A stretch of DNA of 64,000 bases. Source: Podarcis tiliguerta (Eukaryota). Positions 1 through 14,931 of this stretch are shown piece by piece. Position 1 is the stretch's first letter, and every line of letters begins with the position of its first letter. Under the pieces are notes generated by a model, which made no database searches, was not told the DNA's origin, and was given only the letters and a program-made list of their open reading frames with translations. The stretch lies in the NCBI GenBank assembly GCA_965153285.1, contig OZ229115.1. The stretch is one strand, 5' to 3'. Both the position numbers and the translations under genes were made by a program.

Positions 1-3000
1 TAATGCCATCAGGACACTCCATTTTCACGATGTTGCCCCATACATCCAGCAGAATAGGATGACAGAGTAAAATGCTACTGGACCTTATAGAAAAGGTCCT
101 GAGAAGATGAGAAGTCACCACCCCTTACCATTCTCTGACTGCCTAGCCTGGACTACTGAAGAGCAGTCCTGCGAACACCTGCCTACTTTTGCAATAACGC
201 CAACCTCTCATGTGACATTGCTCTTCAATGACAGGTAATCTGCTGTGGCCATAAACAAAGATTCTGATAGTTAACTAGATTGGTCAATACCCAGGACAGA
301 AACTGGAGCAGGCCCATGAACTGCCAAGGGAGGTGGAAACAGCTAACGGACTACTTACACGACCCTAAGGAAAAAGTAGAAGTTGCAGAATGGGCAGGGA
401 GTCAGTGTTGGGAAGACTACAGATTAATTTCCCCCATCTTGGAATAGTAGCACAGACAACTTCAGTCTGTGTTAATCCCAACTGGCCTATATAAAAACAA
501 GGTTGACTCAAGTAAGCTACCAGAGTTGACATCCCTCAGCATATCCTCTGTACCAGTGGACGGTATCAAGTGTTCCATGAAAATTGAGAAAGACCCTCAA
601 ATGCATTTCAGCCACTCGGATGTCATCTCTAAGTTAAACGCCTGGGTTGCATTTAAGCTTATATTCATAATTATATGTGTATCCTACAACTGTGGAACAC
701 TCTTCTCTCTCTCTGAACACTTGTACCTTATGGCTTTCATCCACATAAATCCATTTACTGTTATTCCCAATGACAATCCAAAGCATTAGAAGTCACTCAG
801 GGCCACTGTGTACATGATGTTTCTCGGACAGTGATATTGCTTCCATTTGCGGGGGAAAGGCATGTACACTGACCGCCATTGGCAGAAAACACACATACTT
901 GGCTTGGCACATGCAGTGGGAATCACAGCTGCTTCTGAACACACACAACATGTGGCAAAATAGACAACACGTGCATAATTCACTTATGAATTATGTGCAT
1001 CATAAGAACCTTGTAGGAAAGTGTAAAGTATGCAATGTTCCATAAAAGCGACAATGAACTTGATAAAAAGGACTGAAGGACAACAGGTAATTTTATGGCT
1101 GACAGTGCTTGTCCACACATGAGCAGGCACCTTCTAAATCTCTGCAACTCTCTCTAGGCTTTTAGAGAACCCAACTTGCTCTCCTGGAGGCTCCCCCTCC
1201 ACATACGCCACAAACTTTAGGGTTCTCCTTGATTTGTGTAGTAGGAAAGGTAAGCTGTTTGGCTTGGGCAGCATTGTCTGCTAATTGCTCTAACTTCCAT
1301 TAATAATCTTGGCAACATCATGAGACACTTAAGGAAACTTACATAATGAATCAAAAGTACTATTATGACTGGAGTTTCAAATAAATAAGCATCATTCTAA
1401 GCTTTAACAATGGTCACCTAAGACAAATTAGGAGGTGGTGTTTATAACGAAGGTTCTTTCCATTTAGCTTCCATTAATTTGTGGGGAGGGGAATGGGGGG
1501 GGGGTGTTGATGAATCAATGCCTAGGAAGATTTTGGGGAAATGTCAACCCAGAGCATGCTGGAATGTGTGCAACACAAGAACCAAAGCACAAAGTTCCAT
1601 AAACAACAGGCAAAAGATGGGGACATCAATAACATCATATGTCATCATGTTATTGTTCCAAGTGTGTTCTGAATACATGAAGGCTCTATAATTTTGCCCA
1701 AAGGTTTTCACAGAAATCAAAACCCTTGCTTTCAAGCAAACAAAACAAATTAAAACTCCATGGTCTTTGTTTCTGAGAGGTGCTAAAATGCAGTTATGAG
1801 AAAGGAAGTTATTATAAAGCATTTAAATCTATTATTTTGAGAAAAAATAATAGCTCCTTGGTAGGCAAAGAGAATGAAGGTGAACACTGTAGAGTCATTA
1901 CAGAACTGGCAGAGCAGGTATAACAGCCGTCATGACTTATGAAGGGTTCATAATATGTTGTTATGCATGGTAAATATCTGTTGGGTACAAAGTTTTAAGA
2001 GGCTCCTTCTGCACATGAACCAAAACCTTTGCCAACTGGATTTACTTAGCCAAAAACAACAAAAATTGTTGCCAAATTTGGCCCTGCTGTTATCCACAGG
2101 GAAGTGCAAATATGCCCAAGGCCGTCTGATCAGAGTCAATAATGCCACATTTTTCATTGCAGTGAAATGGCTAACCTGGCATTTGAATTTGTAACATCAG
2201 AGTTGAAGAAGCCAAAAGGCCTACTTAAGTTCAACCCCCTTTCCATGAGGAAAAACCACTCCTCCACGAACATTTAACTTTAGGAGTTAGCTGGGAAGTT
2301 TTTTCCGTACAAACCTAATTGGGATTGATTTGTGTGGCGTTTCATAAACCCCTGAGCTGGCATAAGTCATTGGTAAAATGAAATTATTGGGGGATGCCAT
2401 GGGAGTTTAAAAAAAAACAAAACACCAACAACTTAGTAGGAACTTACCACAACAGACAATAGTAAAAGTGGGGAGGAGGATCAGCAACCAGGGCAATAGA
2501 GGAGAAAACAGAAAGTATTTTGATTAGGGAAAATCCAAAACAAATAAGCAGCATTTGGCAGCAAATAAACAAAACAAAAAAAGTATTTTAAAAACTGGAA
2601 CTGGGTAAATAACATGCAATGGGTATTAAAAGGCCACACAGAAGGAAAATGTCCAGCAAGAGGAAAGTTCAAGTGCAAAGCAGTGGACAAGAACATAAAC
2701 CATGGGTGTGTTTTACCATGCAATAGAACATTACTGAATAATGTTAAAATTGTAACTGATGACAGGATATACTTCAGGGGTCGATTTAGCATCACACACA
2801 TTGATCAGAAAAGATGCTCGCAGGCTGTTGTCCCATTAATGGAACAGCCACAAACTGCTTTTTGCTGTGGTTTTGTGCCAATTTTAACACCACCAGGGAA
2901 ACCCTTCGGGGGGAGGTGAATCATGGTGCAGTTGACGGAAGCAACCAAACTGTATGGGTGCCACTTCAAGCAAGCGCTTGAGCTAAATGGAGAGTCTGTG

Positions 3001-5052
3001 TGACATGAACTTTGCCTTTCGGTTAAAGTGGGCATTGTAAAAGTCTGCACGTGCTTGGGCCAGCTCCCAGGTGGTACAAAAAAGCACACCAGCTCCAAAA
3101 CTGATTTGGGGTCCCCAAGCCTCTCGTTGCAGATGGCGAGTCATGGAATTAGCACTCTTGATATTACATGCCTTGATGATGCTTTGACTTGTCTGTAATT
3201 GCTCTTCTGAACCAAAGCTCTAAACAAGAGAGCAGGACTCTTATCTGACAGAGCAACATAGTCAGAGAAAATCAGAAGCAGAAATCAGAACTTGTACAGC
3301 TTTTGGGGAGGTGGAATCCAAAAACTATTCACATATTTACTAACAACAACAAGAGAATGCAAAACACACATATTTCAGCTACGTACCAAATTCTTAAAAT
3401 TCCTTACAAAATTGGTCTGCATTGGTGTATATAAAAGATATTTATTTGGAGACACTCCTATTGTTTTTAAATGAGGATGGAGGTTTGATTGGTACATTTT
3501 AGACACAACTGTAAGGAAATTAGAGGTACTCGAGTCCCACTGAAATCAGAAGGGCTTACATACTTAAGTGCCCTGTACCACCAATTATTTCAACCGGAAT
3601 CTGATTTTGGATGAGTTCACACTGAGCTTTATGACATGGTTAACATAAGCCGGGGTTTCTAAACAAAAAGCACACCATGGCTTATTAGCATAATTTGCTT
3701 GTGGTTAATAAACCATGATTAAGCTGCTGGGCGGGGTTCAGGCGAGAAAATTAAACCATGATTTATTTAAACCATGTCTTAGTGTTATGTGCAAACCATG
3801 CCACTCTCTAGAATGTGCCTGTCCTGTGACAAAAAATGAAGGTGTCTGCGTTCAAACTTATCTATTTATAGTCTTGGATATTTGTTGCAGTATTTTCCAT
3901 TATAACTATTTCCCGACAGATAGCCATCTTAGGCCGTTGCAGCAAAAAGAACCAAGAATCTTGAGATGTCTGAAAAATAAATGTGCAAGTCTTTAAGGGG
4001 CACGATCATCTAAAAGGCAGTTGGGCTGGAAATTTGCTCAGTATGATGGGCCATATTAGAACCATATCAGTAACTTCCAAACAGCTAATCAAATAACACA
4101 AAAGGGGTCTTTCTGCTTTTTGTCAAAGTCTGGGCACTAACCACAAATCTCAAAGGCAGAATTCTAAGCTTTCGGGAGGTAGTGCACAGTCCAGGAAGCA
4201 AGGGAACTGTACAACCTCTAAGCTTGCTTCATGAATCTTAGGAAATCTTTTCAGCAAAACAAAGGCTGAGGCAGAGTCTCTATTTCATATAATTCTCTGT
4301 AAACCCTCCCCCAGTCCATGGGATGATGAAACTGGCATTCTTATACAAGCCAGGGCAAGGTTGGTGGATTGTATCTCCCACAAGATCTTCAAGGATTATT
4401 TTCATGGTTTGGGTCCAGACATATATCAGAATCAGCTGTATTAGGTCACTGAACTGCTGCAGAGGAATTTGAATTTTGTACATCTCAGAATCAAAACAAA
4501 GGACTCTATCTTGGCACCAAGTTGAAGCCCATGACCTAATTCTTAAGAGATTTGAGAGCTGGGACTAAACTCAAGTTCATTTCACTCTTGCTCAGAGCTT
4601 AATGTAGCAGAAGAGTATTAATACTACAGTTATACGTTAGGATACGAGTGAACGTCTTTCTAACGGGAAACAGTTTTTTGCATTCAAGGTCTTTGAGCAT
4701 TAGAACTTAAATCGACCCCTGTGTTGGGGGGTGAAAATATGGTAGGAAGAAATGGTATTCTGTGTCAATATTGATGAGAAATGGAATACAAAAATAACAA
4801 ACTAGTGATGGTAAAAAGTGGCTCATTCACCAAAGAACCTCATTAGTGTCATAATACAAATGCATTCATGCACTACCTAAATTGTCTAAAATGACCACAA
4901 CAGTTTTACTGATGTTTCTTTGGTTAATTAATTCAGGTCAATAGCAGACAGCAACAGAAATACCCACAGCTAGCACATGTGGGCAAAGCATGGGCAGGAG
5001 TCATCATCAGACCAATCTATTAGTGTTCTTTACTAACTAAAACATTACCTAC

Positions 5053-5067
5053 CTCCCAGCCAGTACT
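5053..5067 (-). CDS. DOCK7: DOCK7 15-nt microexon STGWE
   Basis: long U-rich tract-cacag|AGTACTGGCTGGGAG|gtaggt; matches the KIVHQ-STGWE-RMFG isoform recalled for mammalian DOCK7. Confidence 0.88.
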
Positions 5068-6821
5068 CTGTGTAATAAAAAGTAAAACAAAAAAAACAAA
5101 AAACAAAAAGGTATGTCACAGGAACAAGACCAGCTCCTTTTCAAAGGCCAAAACACAACCATCAACAATAAGGTGCTATGCACTTGAAATGGCTTAGCTG
5201 CCACACATTTAAGTTAGCCTTTTGTTTCATAGCCCAGAATATTAAGTATGAAGAAACTCCATTATCGGGCGCTGGAAATCGAATGTAAATGCAAATCCTC
5301 TGGCAATCGGAAATTATTACATTGCATTCACCATTCCAGCCTGAAGTTCAGCTACTGAAACCCAGGTTAGTCCTGCTGGAGGAATTCAGTTTTTGAGCGC
5401 TGAACGGCATGCTGTGGAATACAATTGCAGTTCCCAAGTAATGAATGGCAGTACTCATTTTGTGTCATTGTTGTTTATATCCGTAAAGCAAAATGCAAAC
5501 CATTCTTCATTTGTGCTTGAGCTCCAGTTAAAAATAATCATATGGCACAACCAGCTGTCCAAACAGTATCTCCCTGCTAAATTCAGGAAGTAAAAATGTA
5601 ACCAAAATGGAAAATAATAGCCTCAATCTAGCAGAGCCTCCGGAGGCCCTGCACAGATGCAAATGCCCTCATTTATCAGTATATGGACAACAGCTGGCTG
5701 CAATTTTGTGCCCAGGCACCCACTGTTCAGCTTCAAATCCTGGTTTCAAATGCTTAAGGGGGCATGCTTAACATTAGCTTTCATGTTAATTAACCATGGT
5801 TAAATTCAGCTGCCGTTAGCCTGAACTGCCTGGGAATGTGCCTTAAGTTTTGCTTAGAGTCTAATCTGATCCCAGCTGCTGTGGTGCCAACTTGCCCTTG
5901 TTTTGGCCCCCACATACCATAGAAAATTTAGCTGTTGCATTCATCAACATGGAAGAAGCAGGACCGCATTGAGTTACATGCTCTCCTCTTGGTAGCCACG
6001 TGTGCTGCATGAATGTCTGCAGAGAGGGGTCCTTCGTCTCTATAACTATACATGCGAGAACTCCATCCCACCCCAACATTCGTGCTGTAGATGCCGACAA
6101 CATGGCAGGGCACAGACTGGAGTGTGTGAGATGGGAGAGGGCTGCTTGCAGCAGCCTCACTTCTTCTTCCCTTGCTGATGAACACGGGAGCTTTAATGCC
6201 TCCACTGGGCTCTTCTCTTGGCCCATGGAGCCATCTGTCAGTGACACTTCCAGCCCACTTCTCCACACCCAAAAGTAGAGTCATTCATTACTACGCAGCC
6301 TCTACAATGCAGGTCACAGTTTTCACAAGCAGAGAGATGTTGCAGCACCAAAAAAGAGATACCTGCCAAAAAGGTAGCTCAAAATGCAAAAGAGTAAAAT
6401 TAAATCCCTGGGCTGTCGAGCTAATGTATAGCTTTGGGCTGCAATATTATACCTGCTTACTTACAGCTAAGTCACTAATGGGAGTAAACAGGATTGCAGT
6501 ATGAAAACACCTTAACTACACTTTCACATGTTGTGAAGTCAGTCTCTAGCCTGGAAAACACAAGCAAGGAATGAATTTGCAGTACACTACATTAGAGTAA
6601 CCTGACTTAGGTGAATGGCTCTGGAAAAATTAGGACTTATCTGATTGCTCTCTTTGCCTAGTTTTGCTGACTTTTTACACTTTGCAATATTGTCCACAAG
6701 GTCTCCATATTTTGAATGCTTTGATGACCTGGAAAACAACTGCCATTGAGGTTTCAATGTAACTTGAAGGGAAAATGACACAAATACTTTTAAGGATCTC
6801 CACACTACAAGCAAGAGCCTA

Positions 6822-6962
<141 letters not shown>

Positions 6963-7706
6963 CTACAAAACAGTGTCCATGTCAGGCGGTTTTATCGATC
7001 CATCAAAAAAACAGACATGCAACAGCCTGAGTACAATATGTTATTAAAATGCTTATATTACAATAATGAAATTAAAACACTTGCTTGGGATTATTTGGTT
7101 ACTGAGATGGAATAAGTAATGCATGATATAAGTATCAGTCGTGTGTCAGACCTGTGCAAATGTACATTTTGCCTAAAGTTTGCAAGACTCCATGCATCAA
7201 AGGCCAATTTAAACTTGATGAATACTGATTTAAGACTCCCAGCTCATGTGCTGGTCCATGTGTGAAGGAAGCAGCTAACTGCTTATGTAGCAGCTGTGCT
7301 GGGATGCCAGCATGTTTGCTTCAGCCCATGGAATGAGAGCCTTTTTAAAGATTATATAAAACTGTGTTCCAATCCACAGACAGAAGCTTCCTAACACTAC
7401 ATGGTCAAGGCCAACCTTGATGACACAGAAATTTGAGGAACTGTAGTGCTGAACAAGGTTTCATAGCAACTTCTGAATGCACATTCCAGTTGGATCCTGA
7501 TTTAGCACAGCATGTTGGAGAACCAGCTTAGCCATGATCCCAATGGCACAAAATACGTGGGCTGGTTCGCAAGCAACTTGAGTCAATGCTGCTGCCACTT
7601 AAACGACTGAATTCAGTGCAGCTGAGCAGCTGAAATGCAAATACTGAAGCTTCTATACTTTTCATTGTGCATTTGAGTTGCACCCAGTATTTACTTACAT
7701 GCAGAT

Positions 7707-8046
7707 CAGGGGTGGGGAACTATTTTCTGGCCTGCATTCCCACCTGGAAATTCCCCATTCCAGCTGTGAGTGTGGCCAGAGGCAAAAGTGGGCGAAACAA
7801 CTGATGTGATTCTCACTTGTGTATGCTAGGCTGTATTCAAGCCAGAGGTTTCTATGTCCACATCCCTCCCTCTCTCTCCATTCAAACAAACAAGAGGCTT
7901 TATCGCAGCTCAAGAACACTTGAGAAGAATGCCGAGCAGGTGAGAGGTGGGGTCCAGGGGGAGGGGCCATGTTATGAGAAGGGGTGTGGCCTGGGGATAA
8001 TCCAGAGGCCTGCATTTGGCCCTCAGGCCTGTGGTTCCCCACCCCA
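7707..8046. mobile_element. hAT-type non-autonomous element
   Basis: CAGGGGTGGGGAAC ... GTTCCCCACCCCA inverted ends; degenerate 8-bp TSD ATGCAGAT/ATGCAGGA. Confidence 0.7.
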
Positions 8047-8098
8047 ATGCAGGACACTGATTGTATATACTATGCAACCATAAGGGAGTACTGTACTA

Positions 8099-8332
<234 letters not shown>

Positions 8333-8430
8333 TTAAAATTCATTCATCACCAGGTTCAGGCAATGCTCTGCTGCAAAGTCTGAAACCAAAGTAGCTTCCA
8401 TTCTGCCGAAGTCCTACTCTAATGGAACAT

Positions 8431-8560
8431 GTTGTTGTTTTTTAGTTGTTTAGTCATGTCCAACTCTTCGTGACCCCCATGGACCAGAGCATGCCAGGCA
8501 CTCCTGTCTTCCACTGCCTCCCGCAGTTTGGTCAAATTCATATTTGTAGCTTCGAGAACA
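8431..8560 (-). mobile_element. RTE/BovB-like LINE 3' fragment
   Basis: Reverse complement ends ...GTCACGAAGAGTTGGACATGACTAAACAAC..(CAA)n, a BovB-type 3' end. Confidence 0.75.
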
Positions 8561-8911
8561 TAGTAACATGCAATTAAACTTTAGTTTTTGCTCTACAGAA
8601 TGTTAATTTGAAATACAGGTTTACCCACAAGATGTTCTTTTTGGGGGGGGGGGGGGGAAGCCACTGTACCAATGACCCATCCTCTTTGAGAAGAAACATG
8701 AAACCAAACTACTTTAGGAATTATTCAGCAAGTAAACAAGTATGGCAAATTCCTTTGTACATGGCTGGAATTAATAATAGAAAGAGCTTTTAGCTAATGT
8801 GTCTTCAATGTATTGTACCAGCAGCCAAAGTGGAGCAATGCAATTATATCACATGAATTTTTGGGAAATGTTCTTTTAATATAGACAATGCTATGTTTTC
8901 TGGGGGGCTTA

Positions 8912-9196
<285 letters not shown>

Positions 9197-9257
9197 TCAG
9201 TGTATGTTTACTTACTCACATTTTCTTAAGACGGCAAAATATCCAGTAAAACTGTAC

Positions 9258-9358
9258 CTGTACATCAAGTCCACAAGCATCTCTGGGTCTTCTTGGTGCT
9301 CCTTCATCTTAACTGTATCAGACAGGATCATATGGAGGTTGAACACAAGATCTTGGAC
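9258..9358 (-). CDS. DOCK7: DOCK7 exon, 101 nt, [33 protein letters not shown]
   Basis: ttcag| ... |gtacag, phase 0-2. Confidence 0.95.
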
Positions 9359-10104
9359 CTGAAATGGGAGGGAAAGTATCTGAAACAAATACTCTGTGCA
9401 AAACAAGGATTTGTTGGTTACTTCGAATTTGTCTGACAGGAATTCAATTGTGAAAATCGCTTGCCATTGTTTATTTTTAAAAAACGAATCCTGCCAGGGA
9501 GACATCGTGTTCCCCTCCAGTATTTCAAATTTTGCATTCATCGCCAGTCAATATTTGTTAATTCTATGTTCATTCATTCATTCATTCATCCAGCAAAGTT
9601 GGACTGAATTATTTGAGTGGATGAGCAGTTTCTTAGAAATGTCAAGTCAGACTTCATTTTTTGTTGTTGTTCATTTCACCATTTAATCTGTCTGGTTTTG
9701 AACCTTAACACAATTATCTATTGTTATTTTATTTTATGTGAGACATTTTTAGACCAACTTCCATCAGATTGGATTTCAGAGTGATGCAGAGCACAACACA
9801 AATACAAAAGAAACCCTCACCAGAAAAAACAAAAACAAACTAGGGCTATCCAATCTGATGCCCCACAGATGTTGCTGGACTTCAACTCCCATCAGCCCCA
9901 GTCAGCACATCCATTGGTCAAGGATTATGGGACCTGAAGCCCCCCCCCATCTGATTACATTTTCATGTATCACTCCATGTTCACATTCAGGTTTTGCATC
10001 ATCAGGAATTCCAATATGGATCAACATCCTACTGAGTCTAAAAGCAAGTAAGCTGAAAATTGTGGGTCTTAAGGAAATAAAACAACCCATACTTATCTAT
10101 GTCA

Positions 10105-10305
<201 letters not shown>

Positions 10306-10416
10306 TTACTGCGCCAATAACGTCAGGTGACAACACCAGCTTAATAGGCATTGCAGTCCCAAACCAAAAAGTACAGCAAACACGTTTGATTTTCCTGAAG
10401 GGGTCTGGCCAGAACT

Positions 10417-10452
10417 CCATCCATCCATCCATCCATCCATCCATCCATCCAT
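10417..10452. repeat. (ATCC)n microsatellite
   Basis: about 9 tandem units. Confidence 0.9.
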
Positions 10453-10646
10453 ATGATTAATTTATAGCTGAGTTGTTTAACTCCAGATTAAAGTGTTCTC
10501 CTTTAAAGACGACACAAGCCTTTTGGTCTGTGTGTGACTATTCCCATTTATAATATATGACCCTCAAAAAATCAGTGCTCCTCACTTGTCCTCTCTTGCA
10601 CCAATCTGAATAGGCATTGCACCCCATGCTTACAGAAACACTATAC

Positions 10647-11143
<497 letters not shown>

Positions 11144-11232
11144 CTAGAAGGACAGCGCGAGAGACAAGCATTCAGCAGTCGTGGCTGCACCCTAAACACC
11201 AACACAATGTTGAATTAATTGCACCACAATCA

Positions 11233-11646
<414 letters not shown>

Positions 11647-11691
11647 TCAGAATACACTTTCTATAGGGGGCATTGCTAGTCTTGCTCACTA

Positions 11692-11859
<168 letters not shown>

Positions 11860-12297
11860 TTAAAAATAAATTTTCTTTGGAGAAGCGAGGAAAAGAAACT
11901 TTTTGTTGCAGCTGGAAAAATAAGATTGCTTATCAGATAATCACCATGCTCTAACAGAACACTTTAGCAGCAGGAACCACCAAAAATAGGCTCAATACAA
12001 AAGCAGGGATGGGGAATCTCTGGCCCTCCAGATGTTATCAGACTCCAGCGCCTATCAGAGCCCAGGCAACATGGCCAATGGTCAAGGGCCTCTGCCTGTG
12101 ATCTCAGAGATCCACCGCCAATCATAGCAGATATTACTGGGCTGGATGGACCAATGGCTTACATGATATAAGAACTTTAAGATGAAATAAAGCTAATAAT
12201 GCTTGCAACAAAATGAGGAGCAGAGTAATAAAAGATAGAGAAAAAGAAAACCACATTAGCATGTTCGTGATAAGCTTGGGAGTACAGTGAGAGAAAA

Positions 12298-12436
12298 ACA
12301 GCAGTGGGGGACCCATGGCACTCCCAATGTTGTTGGACTACAACTCCCATCATCCCTAACTGTTGACCACAGTGGCTGGATCCTATGGGAGTTGGGATCC
12401 ACTGACATACAAAGGACCACAGGTTCCTCATCACTT
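12298..12436. mobile_element. Palindromic hAT MITE (GGACTACAACTCCCATCATCCCT family), diverged
   Basis: Same core as 40101-40230. Confidence 0.6.
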
Positions 12437-12465
12437 GCTTAAGGAGATGTTACTTTAACAGCTGA

Positions 12466-12467
<2 letters not shown>

Positions 12468-12497
<30 letters not shown>
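12468..12497. repeat. (TG)n microsatellite
   Basis: about 14 units. Confidence 0.9.
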
Positions 12498-12500
<3 letters not shown>

Positions 12501-13513
12501 TATTTTATAGGAATCTGATGAGAAGCTTGAAGATAAACTGAAACCACTGCACTGTTAAAAAAATTCAGTGGGACTGTTGCACTTGCTAAGTTTGTAGGAA
12601 ATTATGGTCTTCCAAATCTTATTCAACCACTTCTATTCAGAAGGTTGCTTGGGTCCCTACTGTGCTAACAGGCAAAAGCCTACTTAAAACAGAAGAGACT
12701 TTCAACAGCATTTTGTGATGTGGAATGGGGCAGCTCTTCAAAGAAAAATAGCCCACTGGATGGACAAACTGAGACAAGGTCTCAGGAAGCCCTCTTCTCT
12801 TGAGAAACCAAGAGATTTTTCTTTCATGAAAAATATGTGCACTATCACTGATCTATGGCTCCTCCTGGACATGTCTGAGTTGGCACACCTGAAGTAGTTA
12901 TTTGAATCCTAACTAACACGATTTGTATATATCCTCGCTTTCATAAAGTTATGGGGCCTTTCCCTGTTAATGGTGCCCACTGTTTCTTCATGAAAGCCAA
13001 AGGATTAAAATTACAAAGTGTGCTGCAGAAACACAGTTTGGTAAGGGAAACTAGGGCTACACTGAAGAAAATGAGTATCTTTTTATTCATCTTTACATCA
13101 GTGAAGACAGCATGGCACTTTATGATGTGAACACATGGTGGCGCTAAGAGAATAAATTTCTGGCGAACATTACTAGGTAGTAGGTACCAGTGGAAATGTC
13201 TATGTGATGTATGAAACGTCCTGCTGATGTCCTGCTGTGCTATAATGCACCATACATGCTTCCCAAAAGCCGGCAATGATCTGTCATAAAAGGTAGCAGT
13301 ACATGCTACTGTATGCACCAATCTGCAGCAGGCAATATGCACTGCTAGCAACAGACTGAGCAACATCATTTTTACTGGCACATTGTTGGAAAAGTGGAAT
13401 TTAGTCCTAATTATTCCACTTGACTTCCACTGAAGTATGTGTTGGAAGCTGGCCAGAGTGGCTGGGGCAACCCAGCCAAATGGGCAGGGAATGATAATAA
13501 ACTAATAATAATA

Positions 13514-13853
13514 CAGTGGTGCCCCGCAAGACGAATGCCTCGCAAGACGGAAAACCCGCTAGACGAAAGGGTTTTCCGTTTTTCGATGCGCTTCGCAGGA
13601 CGAATTTCCCTATGGGCTTGCTTCGCAAGACGAAAATGTCTTGCGAGACTTGAGATTTTTTTTCGCTCCCCACCCCCTTTTTCTAAGCCGCTAAGCGCCT
13701 TTTAGCAGCTAATCCGCTAAGCCTTTAATAGCCGCTAAACCGCTAATAGCGCTAATCCGCTAAGCCGCTAATAGGGTTGCTTCGCAAGACGAAGAAACCG
13801 CTAGACGAAGAGACTCGCGGAACGAATTAATTTCGTCTTGCGAGGCACCACTG
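13514..13853. mobile_element. Tc1/pogo (Tigger-like) MITE, 340 bp
   Basis: TA|CAGTGGTGCCCCGCAAGACGAA ... TTCGTCTTGCGAGGCACCACTG|TA; CpG-rich, so young. Confidence 0.9.
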
Positions 13854-13988
13854 TAATTCAATTGGTCAATACTAGCTGTCTGCTAAAAATCCTACTAGGA
13901 GCATCAAGCTCCTCCTTCCCTCTAGGGGTGTGTGTGCGTGCGCAAGGGCAACTTCTATTGCAGTCCTTACATGAAGAGAAAGCTTTTG

Positions 13989-14070
13989 TAGAGCCTGGAG
14001 ATGGCAGGGCTTGTACCTGGGACCTTACTACATGCAAAGCATATGCACTACCACTGAGTCACGCCTTTCC
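13989..14070 (-). mobile_element. tRNA-derived SINE head, diverged
   Basis: Reverse complement CTCAGTGGTAGTGCATATGCTTTGCATGTAGTAAGGTCCCAGG, similar to the 25947 copy. Confidence 0.55.
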
Positions 14071-14913
14071 CACATTTATTTCTGAGTCGGACAGAGCCTT
14101 CAGCAGAAAAGGAGAAAGCTGTCCAGCAGATGATGCATCAGCAGGCTGGACTGAGATCTTGCTCAACAATGAACATCTCCAGGGCTAAATATGTTTTAAG
14201 GGCACCGTCCATACACTCACACTGTGCTAGGCAAAACTGAATTGTACAGAAGGCAGTGAATGCCCTGGTCTTGCAGGTGCTGCAAAGGCTTTGAAAAGGA
14301 GAGTGCTCTAGAATTCTTAAAAGGAGATCTACAGATCTCTAGTTTATTCCTGCCTCCAGTTTATACTCCATGTGACCTTTTTGCATTTAGGCTGGTGGAG
14401 CCTTTAACCAAACACCTCCAAAAATTTTACCAGGATCAAATAAAGACTACATCAAAAATATGTAATGTTAATTGGACTGTCAGGGAACTGCAATTTTCAC
14501 ACCAAAGTTCAGACGTGCCCAGCGCTATGGGGGGGGGAGGGGTACCCTGTAGCAGCACACACACACACACACACACCCTCACACTTCACAGCCAAGTCAT
14601 GTTGCAAAAAACAAACAAGCCCACAGACCTTCTGCAAAGCACCTCAGTCAAACAAAACCTGCACTCAGAGCCTTATTAGAAGACAAAAAGCATGCCAAGC
14701 AAAGTTGCAACCGTAAGTCCTACACCTAACCAACACCCCACCCCAACCATTTCAAACCCCAGCAGCCACTCGTACAACAAAAGGAACCACTGAAGTCACA
14801 GGCAGGCATACAAAGCTGCTGCCAAGCGCCAAAAGCCAGAATTGCAATAGCAAAAGTACAGACGCACAACAGGGGAAAAAATTAAACACAGCAGTACACC
14901 AGTGCTACAGTAC

Positions 14914-14931
14914 CTGGCTGGTTTGTGGCTT
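14914..14931 (-). CDS. DOCK7: Candidate 18-nt DOCK7 microexon inserting SHKPAR
   Basis: gtgctgtgtttttag|AAGCCACAAACCAGCCAG|gtactg; frame-preserving in a phase-2 intron; UGC close to the 3' splice site. Confidence 0.6.

Noticed and set aside
3630-3800. AAACCATG/CATGGTT-rich degenerate palindromes (also near 5.8, 7.5, 27.2 and 29.3 kb)
   Set aside because: Probably old non-autonomous DNA transposon remnants; ends and family could not be defined, and they have no CRISPR-like repeat-spacer periodicity.
1-5052. Search for the next DOCK7 exon (RMFGTYFRVGFYG) or a DGK microexon; AATGGTAAG near 124-132
   Set aside because: That 9-mer has no GT after it and no RMFG-coding sequence was found, so the exon lies beyond the window.
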